Shown: in pieces, positions 10,330 to 22,870 of the stretch | How positions within the stretch are numbered: the stretch's first letter is position 1 | How the letters are laid out: each line of letters starts with the position of its first letter | Origin: Podarcis tiliguerta | Taxonomy: Eukaryota | DNA: 64,000 nucleotides | Assembly: GCA_965153285.1 (NCBI GenBank) | Contig: OZ229117.1 | Reading direction: 5' to 3' (one strand) | Program-made: the position numbers and the translations under genes | Notes under the pieces: model-generated | The model's input: the letters and a program-made list of their open reading frames with translations, nothing else | Databases searched by the model: none | Told to the model about the DNA's origin: nothing

Positions 10330-13300
10330 TCTTTCACCCTTGTCAAATGAGGGCTTTCCAGCACCGAATTTGCTTGGAGAGGCACCTAATTCGTTTCCTT
10401 CAGTAGTACAAGTCCACGGGGAATGGCTCTGCCTGTCTTTACTTGTTAAACACTTATTTAGTTGCCAGATATAGTCTAGACAATTCAGGAAGGCATGTGG
10501 GTGTCCTGTGTTGGACTGCATTATGCAAGCACAGCAGCCTGATAAACTCTTTCATTGTATGGCTAAGCAAAAAGCAAAAAAGTTTCCAGTCCTTATGAAG
10601 TGGGGGCCAGAAGAAATTCCAAAAGGCAGAGTTGGGCTTTGTGACCAAGAGTTCCAAGCACACCAGGTCCAGCTAGCTTTTAGAGACTCTCTTTCTTTCT
10701 TCCTTGATGGACTTTCCAGGCAATCTCCCATCCAGAAAACTAGGCCTGGGCTTCCTTAACTTCCACAGCAAGCTCTCAATGCTCTGCAATAGGCACCAGG
10801 GCATCACCCTAACTGTTCCATGAGTTTGGAGTTATGATCACGCCCTCTTGCTTCTCCTCCCTCTACCTTACCCTTTAAGACAAGAGCCATTTCCAATGTC
10901 TACTGGAAGCAAAGAAGGGACAGGATGACTGCACCTTTGATAGCTGTGGAGAAAGGGGCATTTCACCATGGACAGCTTTGCTCTCCCCTGCAGCTACACC
11001 TACCACCATTCCTTCTGCCTTTGTTTTTATGGTTGGTTTAGATAGGTTTTATTTAAAAAATGGGAGTAGCTGCTACTTAAATCTATGTCCTCCCTTCCAC
11101 CCAGAAGCAACAGCATACAGACAAGACTGAGCAGTTATCTGAAAAGTGACCAGGGGAACAGTCAAAAGGTGCAGTTACTTTGGAATCTAAACAATACAAA
11201 CACACACACACAATCAGGTGTGCAATTTGCTAAGGGTAATTAAATGTTACATTATTGGCCTTATTTCTGCTCCAGTAAATAGTATCGCATACTTGCTTCT
11301 CCCAGTGTCCCAGATTTACATACCCAGAGAGAATAGTCATTTACTTGGTTGTTTAATCAAACACAAAACAATATAGTCTTAGTTTGCCAACAGCACACAA
11401 ATTGATTCTTGGTATGAAGTGAACTTCAACAGGAGGCAGGCAAACTGTTAACACACCATTGAAAAATGCCAAGAGAAGCTCTTGATGGAAGGTGTTCCTC
11501 CAGCGATTGCACACATTTCCTTCAGAGTCCTCCTCCAAGGATTTCTTAGACTATCCAATACTGTAATGACATCTTCTAAAATTCCATTCAGCCTTACCAA
11601 AAAATCAATCCCATGTACCTCAGCGGTTTTGGGTGAGATTAGAAAATGAAAATTCATTTACTTTTGTCTCTCCTCATAGTTCTGACAAATTGGGCACTGA
11701 AAGACAATGTCTTTGAAATGGCAAGAGAGAAACAAGAAACTTTGAATCTGATCCTGCATTCCAGTCTGTGTTACCCATTTGCTGACCAAGACTGGATTTT
11801 TAAAAGCAAACTGCACCAAGATAAATACTGTCATTAATATTGTCAATATGCCTTGCCGTGACTGTTTGAAAATGCACTTCTTGCACATTCAAATACCAAC
11901 AGAGCATTACCTTCAAAGTATGGGGATAAGATTATTCCTTGTTTACACACATGGGACCTTGCCAAAACAAGTTACAAAAAACATCCTTTACAATGCAGAT
12001 TTTGCTTCTGGATCTTGCCAATCAAGTTTCAGATCAGTGTACAGCCTAAACACATTACAGAACACAACTCTGAAAGGGAAACGTATGTAAAAGAAAACAC
12101 TGTGAAAGCAAAAGTTTGCTGATGTAAAGATACCACGTTACCCCCCTTCTCAATCTCCCAAGATTTAGCTAAGCAAGTACTGTGCTGTGCCATATGTCAC
12201 CCAAAACTGAACATGTAAGATGTTTGTGATCAGCCTCATTACAAGAATCACTTACCCCTGCTTGGACAAAAAGGATTTGAAGCCTGAAAGGCTCTAATAT
12301 TAAATTTCCAGGGCTCAGCCAGTCATCCTGGCCTTTCTTCCATATGTGACTTTGGAAGAAGCCTCAGAGTGACAGCAGCACATGAAAGGTACATGCTGAG
12401 TCTTTGAGCACTCAATTACCAACCAAGAGTAAAAGCGGGCAACGTATGGAAAGTGGGAACAACTGGAATTTTTGGGTTTTGAATTCCCTGCTCCTGTTGC
12501 CTGGTCCTCCACAAGTCAAGATGGCAACAGCAGCTACATCTTTCTGAGCTCCACATATCCATGTGAAGGTAAGCCAGAAACAGAGATGTGGCTGGGGCAA
12601 GCAGAGCGGATCCAACACTACTGGCACGTATTACTAGCTGATGCCACTAAGCCAGGATGGAGGGAGGAAGCCATCAGCATGAACCACACATGAGGCTTCC
12701 CAGGTGTCTAGCAAAGATGCAGACCGATAATGGCACAGGCAATGTTATCCATGCTGTTTTCTTTTTTTAACCTTAGTAAAACACAACACTGATGAAATCC
12801 CAAAGCTTGCAGGTATAATCAAGCCACTTGGGAAACATTCACTCCACTTTAAAAGAGGGTTTAACTGTCATTGCTTTCCTGAAAGAAGCTTGGTAATTTT
12901 ATTTTGGGGGTGGGGGGCTGTGATAAAAAAACAACACCTGGTAGAGTCAGTCCTAGACTTCTCAGACCATTTCCTGAGCTTCGCTGTGAGGGAGGTCATT
13001 ATAGTTAAAACCAGCTTAACTAATTAATATTGCAGAACCTGGGGAACTTTAGCTCTTTTGTTTTTAAAGAACTACAGCACCTCACAGAACTGTCATTCCC
13101 AAAGTTCCTTGAAAGCCATACAAGTTTGGATTTGGGTTTACAGTCCCCATCCCCCATGAAGACATTGCAGAAAGCTTTGTCCGTGCTGGAGCACATACTG
13201 CTGGTAGTAATGAAACAGGGTGTGATTTTTCTTAGGAGAGAGGTTACTTTGGAAATCCCATGTTTTCTGTTTCCTTCTGCAGCTGAAGTGGGGGCCTTAC

Positions 13301-13865
13301 AAGAGCCACACCACTAAGCCTGCTGAATTGGAAAGGATACAAATTCACAATTACTAGAGAACTGACAAATAACAGTTTCATGCTAAATATATATATTCGC
13401 ATCAAACACACACGTGCTACTGTCGAAAGTCAAAATGTGGCATTCAGAACTATGCTAAACATGTTTTCCCCGATTTGTTGTGATTGTGAACTTCAAAAAA
13501 GGTTGTGCAGTTAGAACCATCCCACGTTTGACACTCATTTTCCATCACTGCTGTCCAATGAAGAAGTGCTTGTTTTCCTTCCAAGAAATCGGCAGCCCTC
13601 AAACAGACCATGGCACTAACTGACCTCCATGGCATAAAGTCCCTTTTGGCTGGCACAGCAACAAATCCAAGTGCTAAGACAGGGCTGGAGTTATACTAGT
13701 CACTGATCAAGTGGAAATGCTCAATTCAAACGAGCAGCTAAGACGAAAAATTGGCCTGCCAAGAGGGAATAAGGGTTGCACGCCTCAGCATCACACTAAT
13801 CTCTTCTGCTGGCTTTTGCATTCAGGGCACGCCAAGTGGAGACAGCTCTCTTTTGGAGACAAGAG

Positions 13866-13964
13866 CTAGTGTCGTAGACTGTTTGCGGAAGGCGACATGG
13901 AGGACTTGCTCAAGGGTGTCACCACGAATCCGCTGCTTAAGTCCAGGCCTCGGCCTTCTTTTTC
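13866..13964 (-). CDS. ARL2BP: ARL2BP last coding exon
   Basis: ttctag|GAA...TAG; EKEGRGLDLSSGFVVTPLSKSSMSPSANSLRH*. Confidence 0.95.
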   Translation of the reverse strand, partial: EKEGRGLDLSSGFVVTPLSKSSMSPSANSLRH

Positions 13965-15343
13965 CTAGAACGGAGATGCCAAAAATACTTCAGTTTGGTG
14001 GCATTTCTAAATGGCAGGCTTTCAGCCAGAAAAGGAAGCATTTTTGTAATGAAACACAGGGCTTTTATTTTCTGCAAGGCTGTGGGCAAGAAATTCCACA
14101 TGGAATCCGGCACCTGCTGTGGAAACTGAGAATCATAACTTTCATCATCAATAAGCAATGATCCCCGCCCCCCCAGCTTTTGGGTTGCTGACAGTAGCCA
14201 TGGGTGAAGCCAGAGGAGACTGGGCAGGGTTTCTACTGACCAGGGCAAGTTCTGATCCTTGGTACAGCTGCCAGACCTCCTTTGACTATTACTCCATGCT
14301 ACCAAGTAACCTTAGTAATCCATGCCCTCCCCTTGCCATCTTGCCCTCTGCCGCTCTGGCCTTTGCAAACCCTCATGACAACCAGGGGCAGATAGCCATA
14401 TATAAAAATTTACACACCATCTCCATACAAACATACACACATAATGTGTATATGCACACAATTTTCTTAGAGCAATATACACAATGTTGAGTTTCAACCT
14501 TGTTTAGTATCAGATTCTGTGCATCTGCATTGAACACCCTCACTACCAAAATAAGTAAGAATTATTTTTGCAGCTGGCCTGGAATGTGGTCTTTCCCTTC
14601 CAATTTCTGCCTTAACCAACCTTTTGAAACTGGCCCCTTTGCTATTTCAAACCCTCCTTATCAAGACTAAATATTAAAAGATCAGTGTTTAAGATTTCAC
14701 AATAACAACAGTTCTGAATGGTTTTGGGGTTTCACATGCATTACTTCAAACTAACTTGTTTTGGACCACAGGTTTCCAGTATTTCCCCCCCCCAAAATAT
14801 TTCTGGAGCGAAACTTGTGCAGTGGACACACATTTCACCACTGAGGTTCACTAAAAGCATTTTGAGACCCCCCCAACCCCCAATACTCCTATACCAACTT
14901 AAGACATGAATCTTGATAGCTATGCACATTAACAAAAATGATGTCTTATCAAACTGTCAATGAGCAACTTTTTGGTCATAATACTTTTAGTCTCAGTTTC
15001 CCCATTGATAAAAAAAGAACCACCACCCCAAGTTACATTTGAAAACCACTCCGCCCCATCCAGAGTGCTATAGTTTGGCCAAACCGAAAACCAGGGCCAA
15101 CCCTCTCTTCCTGAACTGAGGTCCTCTTTCTCACTCTCAGAACGCAGAAGCTGGGAAGGAGCCCCAATTACTTTGCATGCAGAAAGCCCCAAAATCAGTT
15201 TTTCGTTTCCTCACTTAAAAGGCTCTTAGGAAGCAGAACTGGGAAAGTGATCTCTCTCTGCTCAATATGCCCAAGAGTCCCTCCCAATTAAACCAACTTG
15301 CCTGGTCATTCAGTGTGCGCTTTCTGAGCTTTGAAGTACTTAC

Positions 15344-15440
15344 AGCTCTGTAATCCAGGAACATTTCTTTAAATGCGAGGAAGTCAGTAAATGTGAGAAG
15401 CATGTCAAAAATATCCCCTGCAATTTCATCCTTGTGCTGC
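15344..15440 (-). CDS. ARL2BP: ARL2BP coding exon 5 (97 nt)
   Basis: QHKDEIAGDIFDMLLTFTDFLAFKEMFLDYRA; ag/gtaagt. Confidence 0.96.
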
Positions 15441-16308
15441 CTGTAATTGAAGGATTTAGATTCATCATTAAAACAGCAAGACATTCTAGATTTTAAAAGG
15501 CATTGAGAAAAGATGCATTACAAAAGCTAAAGAGGAAAATGCCTATCAAAAAAAGTTGCATTTTCTCTTTAAATTAGCCACTTGCACAGAGTAATTTGTA
15601 CTGAAAATAATGGGACTAAGGGGTGCTTCACACACTGTCACCAAGCAATTATCCAAAGAAAATGTAGTTCAAAGTTGTACACATCTTAGATTTTAAGCTT
15701 AATCATTATTCTGTCTTGCATCAGGGGGTGCTTCCGTCATCGCCCCCCCCCCCTTTGAAAATGCACAGATAGCAGCCCACAGAAATTTCTGCAGCTTCAG
15801 AATCTGAAGGGGAGTGGGAATGCTGTTGCTGCAATCACAGCCACTTCTGCCAACTGCATTCATGGATGTCTGATTTACAGCTTTTCCTCAGCTGTGTGTG
15901 CCCAAGGGTGGTGATGGAGGGAATACTGGGCAAGCAGGCTCTAAGCTGTTACTAAACAAAGGGATGGATCTGCTCGCTAAGCAGCAGAATATCCATTTAA
16001 CATCAGTTTTCATTATGCAGCCCTCAGGAATGATCAACAATACGAAATCTTCAAGAAGGTTTCTATAAATGGCATGGGATTGCATGGGCCTTGATCTGCA
16101 AAGGAGGCTGGGATGGGCACCACTGGCTAAGCATAGAACAGTCTTCTCTTTTCGTGGAAGTGACTTAATAGCCCATTGTTTACATTTGTGCATATCATGA
16201 ACATTTGGGCCTCAGCGCATGACATATATGAATGATGTACAGCGGTCTTTTTCCTGTTTTACATTATATCTAAATGGGAAAAAAGGGGGTATGGTCTGTT
16301 GGACACTC

Positions 16309-16659
16309 AAAGGTAAAGGGACCCCTGACCATCAGGTCCGATCATGACCGACTCTGGGGTTGCACGCTCATCTTGCTCAAGAGGCCGGGAGCTGGCGCTT
16401 GTCTGCAGACAGCTTCCGGGTCATGTGGCCAGCATGACTAAGCGGCTTCTAGCGAACCAGCGCAGCACACAGAAACGCCGTTTACCTTCCCGCCGGAGAG
16501 TGGTCCCTATCTATCTACTTGCACTTTGATGTGCTTTCGAACTGCTAGGTTGGCAGGAGCTGGGACCGAGCAACAGGAGCTCACCCCGTTGTGGGGATTC
16601 GAACCGCCGACCTTCCAATCAGCAAGTCCTAGGCTCTGTGGTTTAACCCACAGCACCAT
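16309..16659 (-). mobile_element. Sauria SINE, near full length
   Basis: Reverse complement of the 8283 copy; imperfect TSD TCTGT(T)GGACACTC at 16295-16308 and 16660-16672. Confidence 0.93.
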
Positions 16660-16923
16660 TCTGTGGACACTCTTAGGGGATGCTATTTCACAGCTGTACT
16701 GACATTATAGAGAGCTCCCTGCTCAGAGGACCACATGACTGCATTTCAGAGAAGGGCAGACCCTGGGGCAAGGAGTCTGCAGCAGAGCTTAAAATAGGTG
16801 GATTCACATCTGAGAGAAGATGCTCCCAAAATTCAAAGCCCAACCCTACTCAATAAGGAGCCTTAAGAACAAGTTAATGCAATGAAGATGAAAAAGAAAT
16901 GGAAAGCAAAGGATCCAACTTAC

Positions 16924-17009
16924 TGTAATGACAAGGTGAAGGCAGACATGCTGAAACCAGGAATCCTGTCCAAGAGCTTTTCTTCAATGTATTTTTCAAC
17001 TAAGCATAT
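16924..17009 (-). CDS. ARL2BP: ARL2BP coding exon 4 (86 nt)
   Basis: ICLVEKYIEEKLLDRIPGFSMSAFTLSL; cag/gtaagt. Confidence 0.95.
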
Positions 17010-17674
17010 CTGAAGTGAGAAGCACTGTATTATTATTTTCCAGCTGAGGATGACAGGGAGCAAATATTGTAGCTTACCATCTCACAAAGAGGTGTTTTGA
17101 TCTAGACAGATCAGGTGCAGCTTACTAGACTGTCAATGGCTGGACCACATTTTGGTTCCAAATATGAGAGATGTTACAGGATACAACCAGTTAAAATATG
17201 TAGAGCTGAGTCTCTGCCTTGAGGAAGTAATTTGTTCTGTTCATTACCCTTAAGTTATAAGAACACTATGGGTCCTTACTCTGGGTAGACCCACCAAAAT
17301 TACTATATGTCTGAAATCAATGAGCACGACTAATGATGGGAGTATCCTGACCATCACCCCTAAATTTCAGAACCCAACTAGAGACTTGCAAGCTACCATA
17401 AGGATCTTTCAGAAACCACATGTGCCTCAGCAGCAATCAGTGTTGCCAGCGTTTAAACCAGCTCTTGCAGCTGTGCCCTTAACAACCCTTTAATCTGCAA
17501 CAATTATGAACACTTTCACGAGAAGCTAAGCTGTTACAAAAGATGCCATGTTGGGACAGCAACCAGCCTGGGCCCCTCCCCTCTAGTCACTGAGCAAACT
17601 TTGTAGCAGAAAAACCTTCCTGGCACAGTGAACAAAGTGATGGTACGGCCCAGAGAAGCACACTGGATGGTCAG

Positions 17675-17799
17675 CAGCACCAACTTAGTGCCCTCCAGAT
17701 GTTTTGGACTACAGCTCACATCCATGCTGGCCAGGGCTTATGGGAGTTATAGTTTAAAACAAACAAACAGTGACGGGGCACCAGGTTGATGAAGGCTGG
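17675..17799. mobile_element. Degenerate MER5-like palindromic hAT MITE
   Basis: GTGCCCTCCAGATGTTTTGGACTACA...GGGAGTTATAGT...GGGCACCAGGTTG; same family as 6338-6473. Confidence 0.65.
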
Positions 17800-18017
17800 C
17801 CTTCAGCACCTGCACTGAGGTCTCAGGTCCCTCTGAGGGTGTGAGAGGAGCCTCAACATCCTGAAGCAGGGCTGCTCTCTCTCTTATGGTTCACAGGTCA
17901 CACTTGCTGCTGAAACACACAGAATCCAATTTCTTTCACAGGGTGGCAAATGTTCAAAAGACAAAGCCCACCATCATATGCAAGTGATAACGATCAAAAC
18001 AGGACATATGCACTCAC

Positions 18018-18124
18018 ATATTCATTAAAAATAGGAGTGTAGATGAGCTTATTTTCCTCCGTATCATCAAACTCTTGGTAGTATTTGTCCATGAAGTTCC
18101 TTTGTATAAGCTGGAAGTCATCAT
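18018..18124 (-). CDS. ARL2BP: ARL2BP coding exon 3 (107 nt)
   Basis: DDFQLIQRNFMDKYYQEFDDTEENKLIYTPIFNEY; cag/gtgagt. Confidence 0.96.
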
Positions 18125-19025
18125 CTGAAATCACAACACAGTTGCATTCAGCCGAAAGACAGTGACTACATTCATTGGTGTGCTGTCCTCAGCTTAGGAT
18201 CCAGTACATGGTGACCCTCATAGCTGCAACGACAGCACAGCTGCAGCTGACGGAGGCCCAATCCATGCAGTAGCTTCTCTATCTTGCTAGCTCGCTAAGC
18301 CTCTGGCAGGATGAAGAGTTTCTCTCACTGACACAAACAAGGCAGAGCCTGATTAAAAGACTTTTGGCAAGTTTCACCCAGGGAACAGAGCTGGATAATG
18401 AACATATGAGGCAACATCAGTTCCCTGGAGAAGTCAGCATACACACAGTTCCAATCCTTCATCCAGAATCAATTAATCAGGCATAAATTTTGCCACTGTA
18501 ATTGCAACACGGCTGTCAAGCACTTCTCCATGAAAGGGATTGACTGGTTGTTTCAAGCCACCTACTGGGCAGTACCTCAGGCACCACCGATTTATTGAAT
18601 GTTTCATTGAAAGGCAAGTATCTATCAACAAGTGTGGACCCACAATAAAACATTGTGGTGCATCCCCAGCCCTCAACAGGAGCTCTCATCATGGGGTCCA
18701 GCTGTTTAGGAGCAGGAACCTTGTTCAGAACTTGATGCAGTAGGTGGAGGCAAGAAAGGAAAAGCAGGCAAAATAAGAAGAAAATTTACATGAGAACTCT
18801 GCTTCCATGTCCAAGGAAAAGAATACAAGTTCCACCTTCAGCCAGGCACAAATGCCAACCACTGAACACTTTCCCACGTGCCAATACTGCACAAAGAAGA
18901 GAGTGGTGGGTATCTATTTTATTTATTAGTTCGCTATCTCTTCTTTTGGCACCTCAGGAGCCCTCAAAGTGACTTGCAAAATGCATAAATAATAATATCA
19001 TCTAGACCGACTTCCCCTCAACCTA

Positions 19026-19267
19026 CAGTGGTACCTCGGGTTAAGTACTTAATTCGTTCTGGAGGTCCATACTTAACCTGAAACTGTTCTTAACCTGAAG
19101 CACCACTTTAGCTAATGGGGCCTCCTGCTGCTGCCGCGCCGCTGGAGAACAATTTCTGTTCTCATCCTGAAGCAAAGTTCTTAACCTGAAGCACTATTTC
19201 TGGGTTAGTGGAGTCTGTAACCTGAAGCGTATGTAACCTGAAGCGTGTGTAACCCAAGGTACCACTG
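19026..19267. mobile_element. Tc1/mariner (Tigger/pogo-type) MITE, 242 bp
   Basis: TIRs CAGTGGTACCTCGGGTTA / TAACCCAAGGTACCACTG, TA TSD on both sides, five internal TAACCTGAA repeats. Confidence 0.92.
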
Positions 19268-19490
19268 TAGTGCTTTTTAGATAGTTCGTATCTCAGGTTG
19301 GGGAAGGTCTGGTCTAGACTATGATGTATTTGTATAAAAACCAGTGCTGACAAAATCCACCCCAGAATCAGAACTGAAGATAAGTTCAAAACAATTCCTC
19401 TAAAATATCCCAGTGTGTTCACAAATAACAATAAGAAGAGATGCACCTTGGCAGTCCCTTTTGAGCAGTGCTACCTTAAGAAAAACATAC

Positions 19491-19552
19491 CCATTATTAT
19501 ATCTTCTAAATAGCCAACAACAGCATCGAACTCAGCATCCGATGGTGAAGAG
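19491..19552 (-). CDS. ARL2BP: ARL2BP coding exon 2 (62 nt)
   Basis: SSPSDAEFDAVVGYLEDIIM; tag/gtatgt. Confidence 0.96.
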
Positions 19553-20232
19553 CTAAAATGAGAGACAGCCAAGTTGGATTCAGGTTACTATGGAAGGTGA
19601 AATACACATAAACATAACAATCCAGGGCACACAGAATAATGCTTACTGCCTTTATGGCACACATGAGCATACAAAATACTTCCAGCACATATATTACTCA
19701 GTAATGTTTTCATCAGCCCTGTAAAGTGGAGGTACACTATCACCCCCCCTGTTACAGAGAATAACTTCAAACTAAGAGAAAGAACCATTTGCCTATGGCT
19801 ATCTTAAGTGCATTTGCTGTCAAAGTGAGATTTCATACCAAAGACTTCCTGGCTTACAGCTCTAAGTCTCTAAGCCACTGCAGTAATGCTTTGTTCTACC
19901 TGAACTGAGTCCTCCTCCCCAGATTCCGCTACATTCAGAGAGAAGCTGTTGTTTATTCAAACACAAGTTACTCAAAGAATTATTTTATGGTGACGTTCTT
20001 CTGCACTGCAGACATTGCAGACTGTCCTTAACCAAGGACAGTCACCCTGATGAAAAGCAGTTCCTTGCCTTGCCTCAGTCAAGTCTGATCTCAGACTTGG
20101 ACTGGGTTCAACCTGTACTTTATCCATGAAGAAACTAGGCAAGGTTTTAGATAAGGCATCATCCTTCAGTTTCTTCTCCCTCATCACTAAGTAGGAATAA
20201 GAGTGATGTGCCTAACAGCTGATGTTCTACTG

Positions 20233-20594
20233 CAGGGGTGGCCAACTCCCAGGAGACTGTGATCTACTCACAGAATTAAAAAATGACAGTGATGTCAATT
20301 GTTGAACTTTTTTTATGGAGGAGGAAAGCCCTGGTTTTGGGGAGTTCAAAGCTAAGCTGTTGGCCATTTTTAGGGAGAAAGGGAAACAGCCACTCACCAA
20401 CAGATCGCTGGGGAGACAAACAGCCTTACTGAGTAAACTCCGTCTTCCATTCTGCAGATCGTGCAACAATGGAGGGCGGGGCTCGATTCTATTTTACCAA
20501 CGCCAAGCAAAGGGACCCAGCGATTGACCGCGATCTACCAAAACCTCCTGGGGATCTACCAGTAGATTGCGATCAACCTGTTGGGACATCCCTG
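20233..20594. mobile_element. Non-autonomous hAT element
   Basis: TIR-like ends CAGGGGTGGCCAAC / GTTGGGACATCCCTG, subterminal GATCTAC repeats, and imperfect 8-bp TSD TTCTACTG/TCCTAATG. Confidence 0.7.
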
Positions 20595-21374
20595 TCCTAA
20601 TGGAAGCAAGGAAGAGGCTGTTCCTAACCCAAGCCTGGTGGAGGAGACACTGTTGCTACTTGCTGCCATCTAGCCACATACAGAAGGGATAACAGCAATC
20701 CCTCCAGATCAGAATATAGTTGTTTTTGCAATTCAAAAGCAGAATCGCTTTGGCTTGATTCAGGCATTGTATTAAAAGTCAGGGTCCATAAAAGAGCTGG
20801 GGTTATCCACTGAACTTGACAGGAAATTTGTAACAGACAAATAAAGTACTTCTATATACAGCACTTAACTAAATCATCACACAATGCTTCATTAACTTGT
20901 GGGATTTACCACCTCAAGATGTGATGATGGCCACTAGCTTAGATGGCTTTTAAAAAGGAGGATGGAAATCAATTTCTGGGGTGAGCAACCTATGGCCCTA
21001 CAGATTTGGCCAGGAATGATGGAAGCTATAGTGTAACAATATTTGGAAGGCATTGATCTATCATTGATCCATTACTGATCTATATCCATGAGAAAGAAAA
21101 ATCTTTATGAGTCAGTCTTGACTGTAGTTTAAAAATTAACACTGAAACCAACTATTAATAAAGTTAGAAAATAACGTATCACCAAGCAATGTTCCCACCT
21201 TAAAAAGTACCAGAAATATTGCATCATAAGCTTTTGTGGACTAGAGGGCCTATTCTATCATCTAGGCTCAAGTCCACAGAAGCACATGCCATAAAAAAAA
21301 AAAATCTTCTCCTAACTGTTAAAACTCCCTATTGGCTTTAACATTTCAAAGTGCAGAAACAGAAATATACTTAC

Positions 21375-21412
21375 ATGGACACACCAAAGTTTTCTTCTTC
21401 TAAAGTTTCCAT
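21375..21412 (-). CDS. ARL2BP: ARL2BP first coding segment (38 nt); the exon probably starts at acceptor 21521
   Basis: GCCACG-ATG-G strong Kozak context; METLEEENFGVS then AT|gtaagt. Confidence 0.92.
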
Positions 21413-22065
21413 CGTGGCTTTGTCACCTGTTTTATAATGTAAACCTTTAAATACTTTAATCCTCAGGGTGTAATACTTGGCTGTCAGTCATCCTGTCTTC
21501 AATGTCAGGTCTCAAGCCTATCTGAAAATATTACACCACCTCCACATCTAGAAATAACCATTGATTATGACTTGTTTTCTATTTCCTGGAAAACAGTGGG
21601 CAACAAATGAACTATACATACAAGTAAGCAGCAGAATAGGTTTGCCTGAAACAAAAGCAACTTATCCCATTGCACTGGAAATGGTGGATCTGAAGGTATG
21701 GAATCCCAAGACTTTGGATTTGGAAACGGGCAGCAGAAATCCACAGAATTTATAGACTCACAAATACATTGTGGGTGCCACTTATCACAACTAGGGTTTG
21801 CCAAACGTACAAGAAGTCTTGCATGTTTGCAATTATCAAGGGCCTCTGTTATACGGTCCAGGAGCTTTTGGGTTCTCTTGGCTGTGAGGGGGGAAAGTTC
21901 TAGATCAGTCCACTCTCTAGTGTACTAGCTTTCCTGTTGCAGGGAGTTTTTGTTGATGAGAATTATTTTTAAAAATGTAATCCTCCAGAAGTAGTTGGGA
22001 CAGTTCATTTTACCACCACCTAATTCTGCTGCACGCCCAGACCAAGCTGTAAGCACCAGCATCTT

Positions 22066-22226
22066 GGAGAGAGTCGGGTTCAAATCCGGGTTCACTGTGA
22101 CCTTGGAGGCCACTCTCACTTCTGCCCAAACTACTTCACAAGGTTGTTGTGGAGCATAAAAGAGAACTACATACATGACACATTGAGCTTACTGGAGAAA
22201 AAAGTCGGATACAATCAATCAAATAA
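22066..22226 (+). mobile_element. MIR/CORE-like SINE fragment; similar relics at ~23325-23440(-), 30700-30803(-), 45835-46010(-), 47310-47410(+)
   Basis: GGGTTCAAATCC...GTGACCTTGG...CTACTTCACAAGGTTGTTGTG core motif. Confidence 0.6.
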
Positions 22227-22482
22227 CCTGCTTCTGCGGTTCTGGTTTGCCATTGTGTGGGGCGGGGAGGGCAGGGGCCCTACTGGACCCAAGGTTGGCC
22301 TGACCTGGCAGAGCAGTTCCAAGTCCCTAGCCAGCAGATAGAGCCTCCACATACTGACTCAGTCTACCTCTGAAGGCCAGGAGCGAGCCAGGACCCCCGG
22401 CCTACCTAGCAGGGCTCCTCTCAGGGCCACAGGGAACCCAGGAGTCCTAGTCAAAGCCATCCCCTTCCGCCTTGGCTCCTAC

Positions 22483-22650
22483 CTGTCCTCCTGCAGGCAG
22501 CGCCAGCTCGTCACTCCGCAGACCGACGAGCGGGACGAAGGCCTCGGCCTCCCCCATAGAGTTCGTTGCAAACGCCGCCGTCGCTTCTTTCTTTCTTCTT
22601 ATTCCTCCTCCTCCTCCTCCTCCTCCTGCTGCTGCCTAGGAAACGGCCTC
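22483..22650 (-). other. ARL2BP: Probable ARL2BP first (5' UTR) exon; TSS position approximate
   Basis: CpG-rich; CAG|gtagga donor at 22483/22482; immediately downstream of promoter motifs; includes a (TCC)n run at 22603-22627. Confidence 0.65.
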
Positions 22651-22870
22651 TTCCGGTAACGCACACCTACCTGACCAATCATTGTGAGGCTGAACGAACT
22701 GAGCCAATCACAGGAGGCTAGGCGGGATTTCTCTCCCGACCAATAAGAAACGTAAAAGGAGAGAACCAATCAGAGGAAGCGCGCGGGGGGGGCGGTTCTC
22801 TCCCTTCCAGCCTCACCGACCACGTGGCGATGCCCAGTTTGGCTGAGCCGAGCAAAGTAGGCGGCGGCGG
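22631..22870 (-). promoter_or_regulatory. ARL2BP CpG-island promoter
   Basis: Four CCAAT boxes (22675, 22704, 22740, 22766), ETS CTTCCGG (22650), X-box-like site (22631), E-box CACGTG (22821), high CpG density. Confidence 0.8.

Larger units (their letters stand above)
13866..21412 (-). other. ARL2BP: ARL2BP (BART) gene, complete CDS: complement join 21375-21412,19491-19552,18018-18124,16924-17009,15344-15440,13866-13964 = 489 nt, 162 aa
   Basis: The joined peptide METLEEENFGVSISSPSDAEFDAVVGYLEDIIMDDDFQ...FKEMFLDYRAEKEGRGLDLSSG... is recognisably ARL2BP; exon phases are consistent. Confidence 0.96.

Noticed and set aside
8283-16659. Inverted Sauria SINE pair as a dsRNA source
   Set aside because: The copies lie in introns of different, convergent genes and would not share a normal transcript.
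19070-19245. CRISPR-like spaced repeats (TAACCTGAAG)
   Set aside because: Short, irregularly spaced internal repeats of a MITE in a vertebrate intron; no cas genes.
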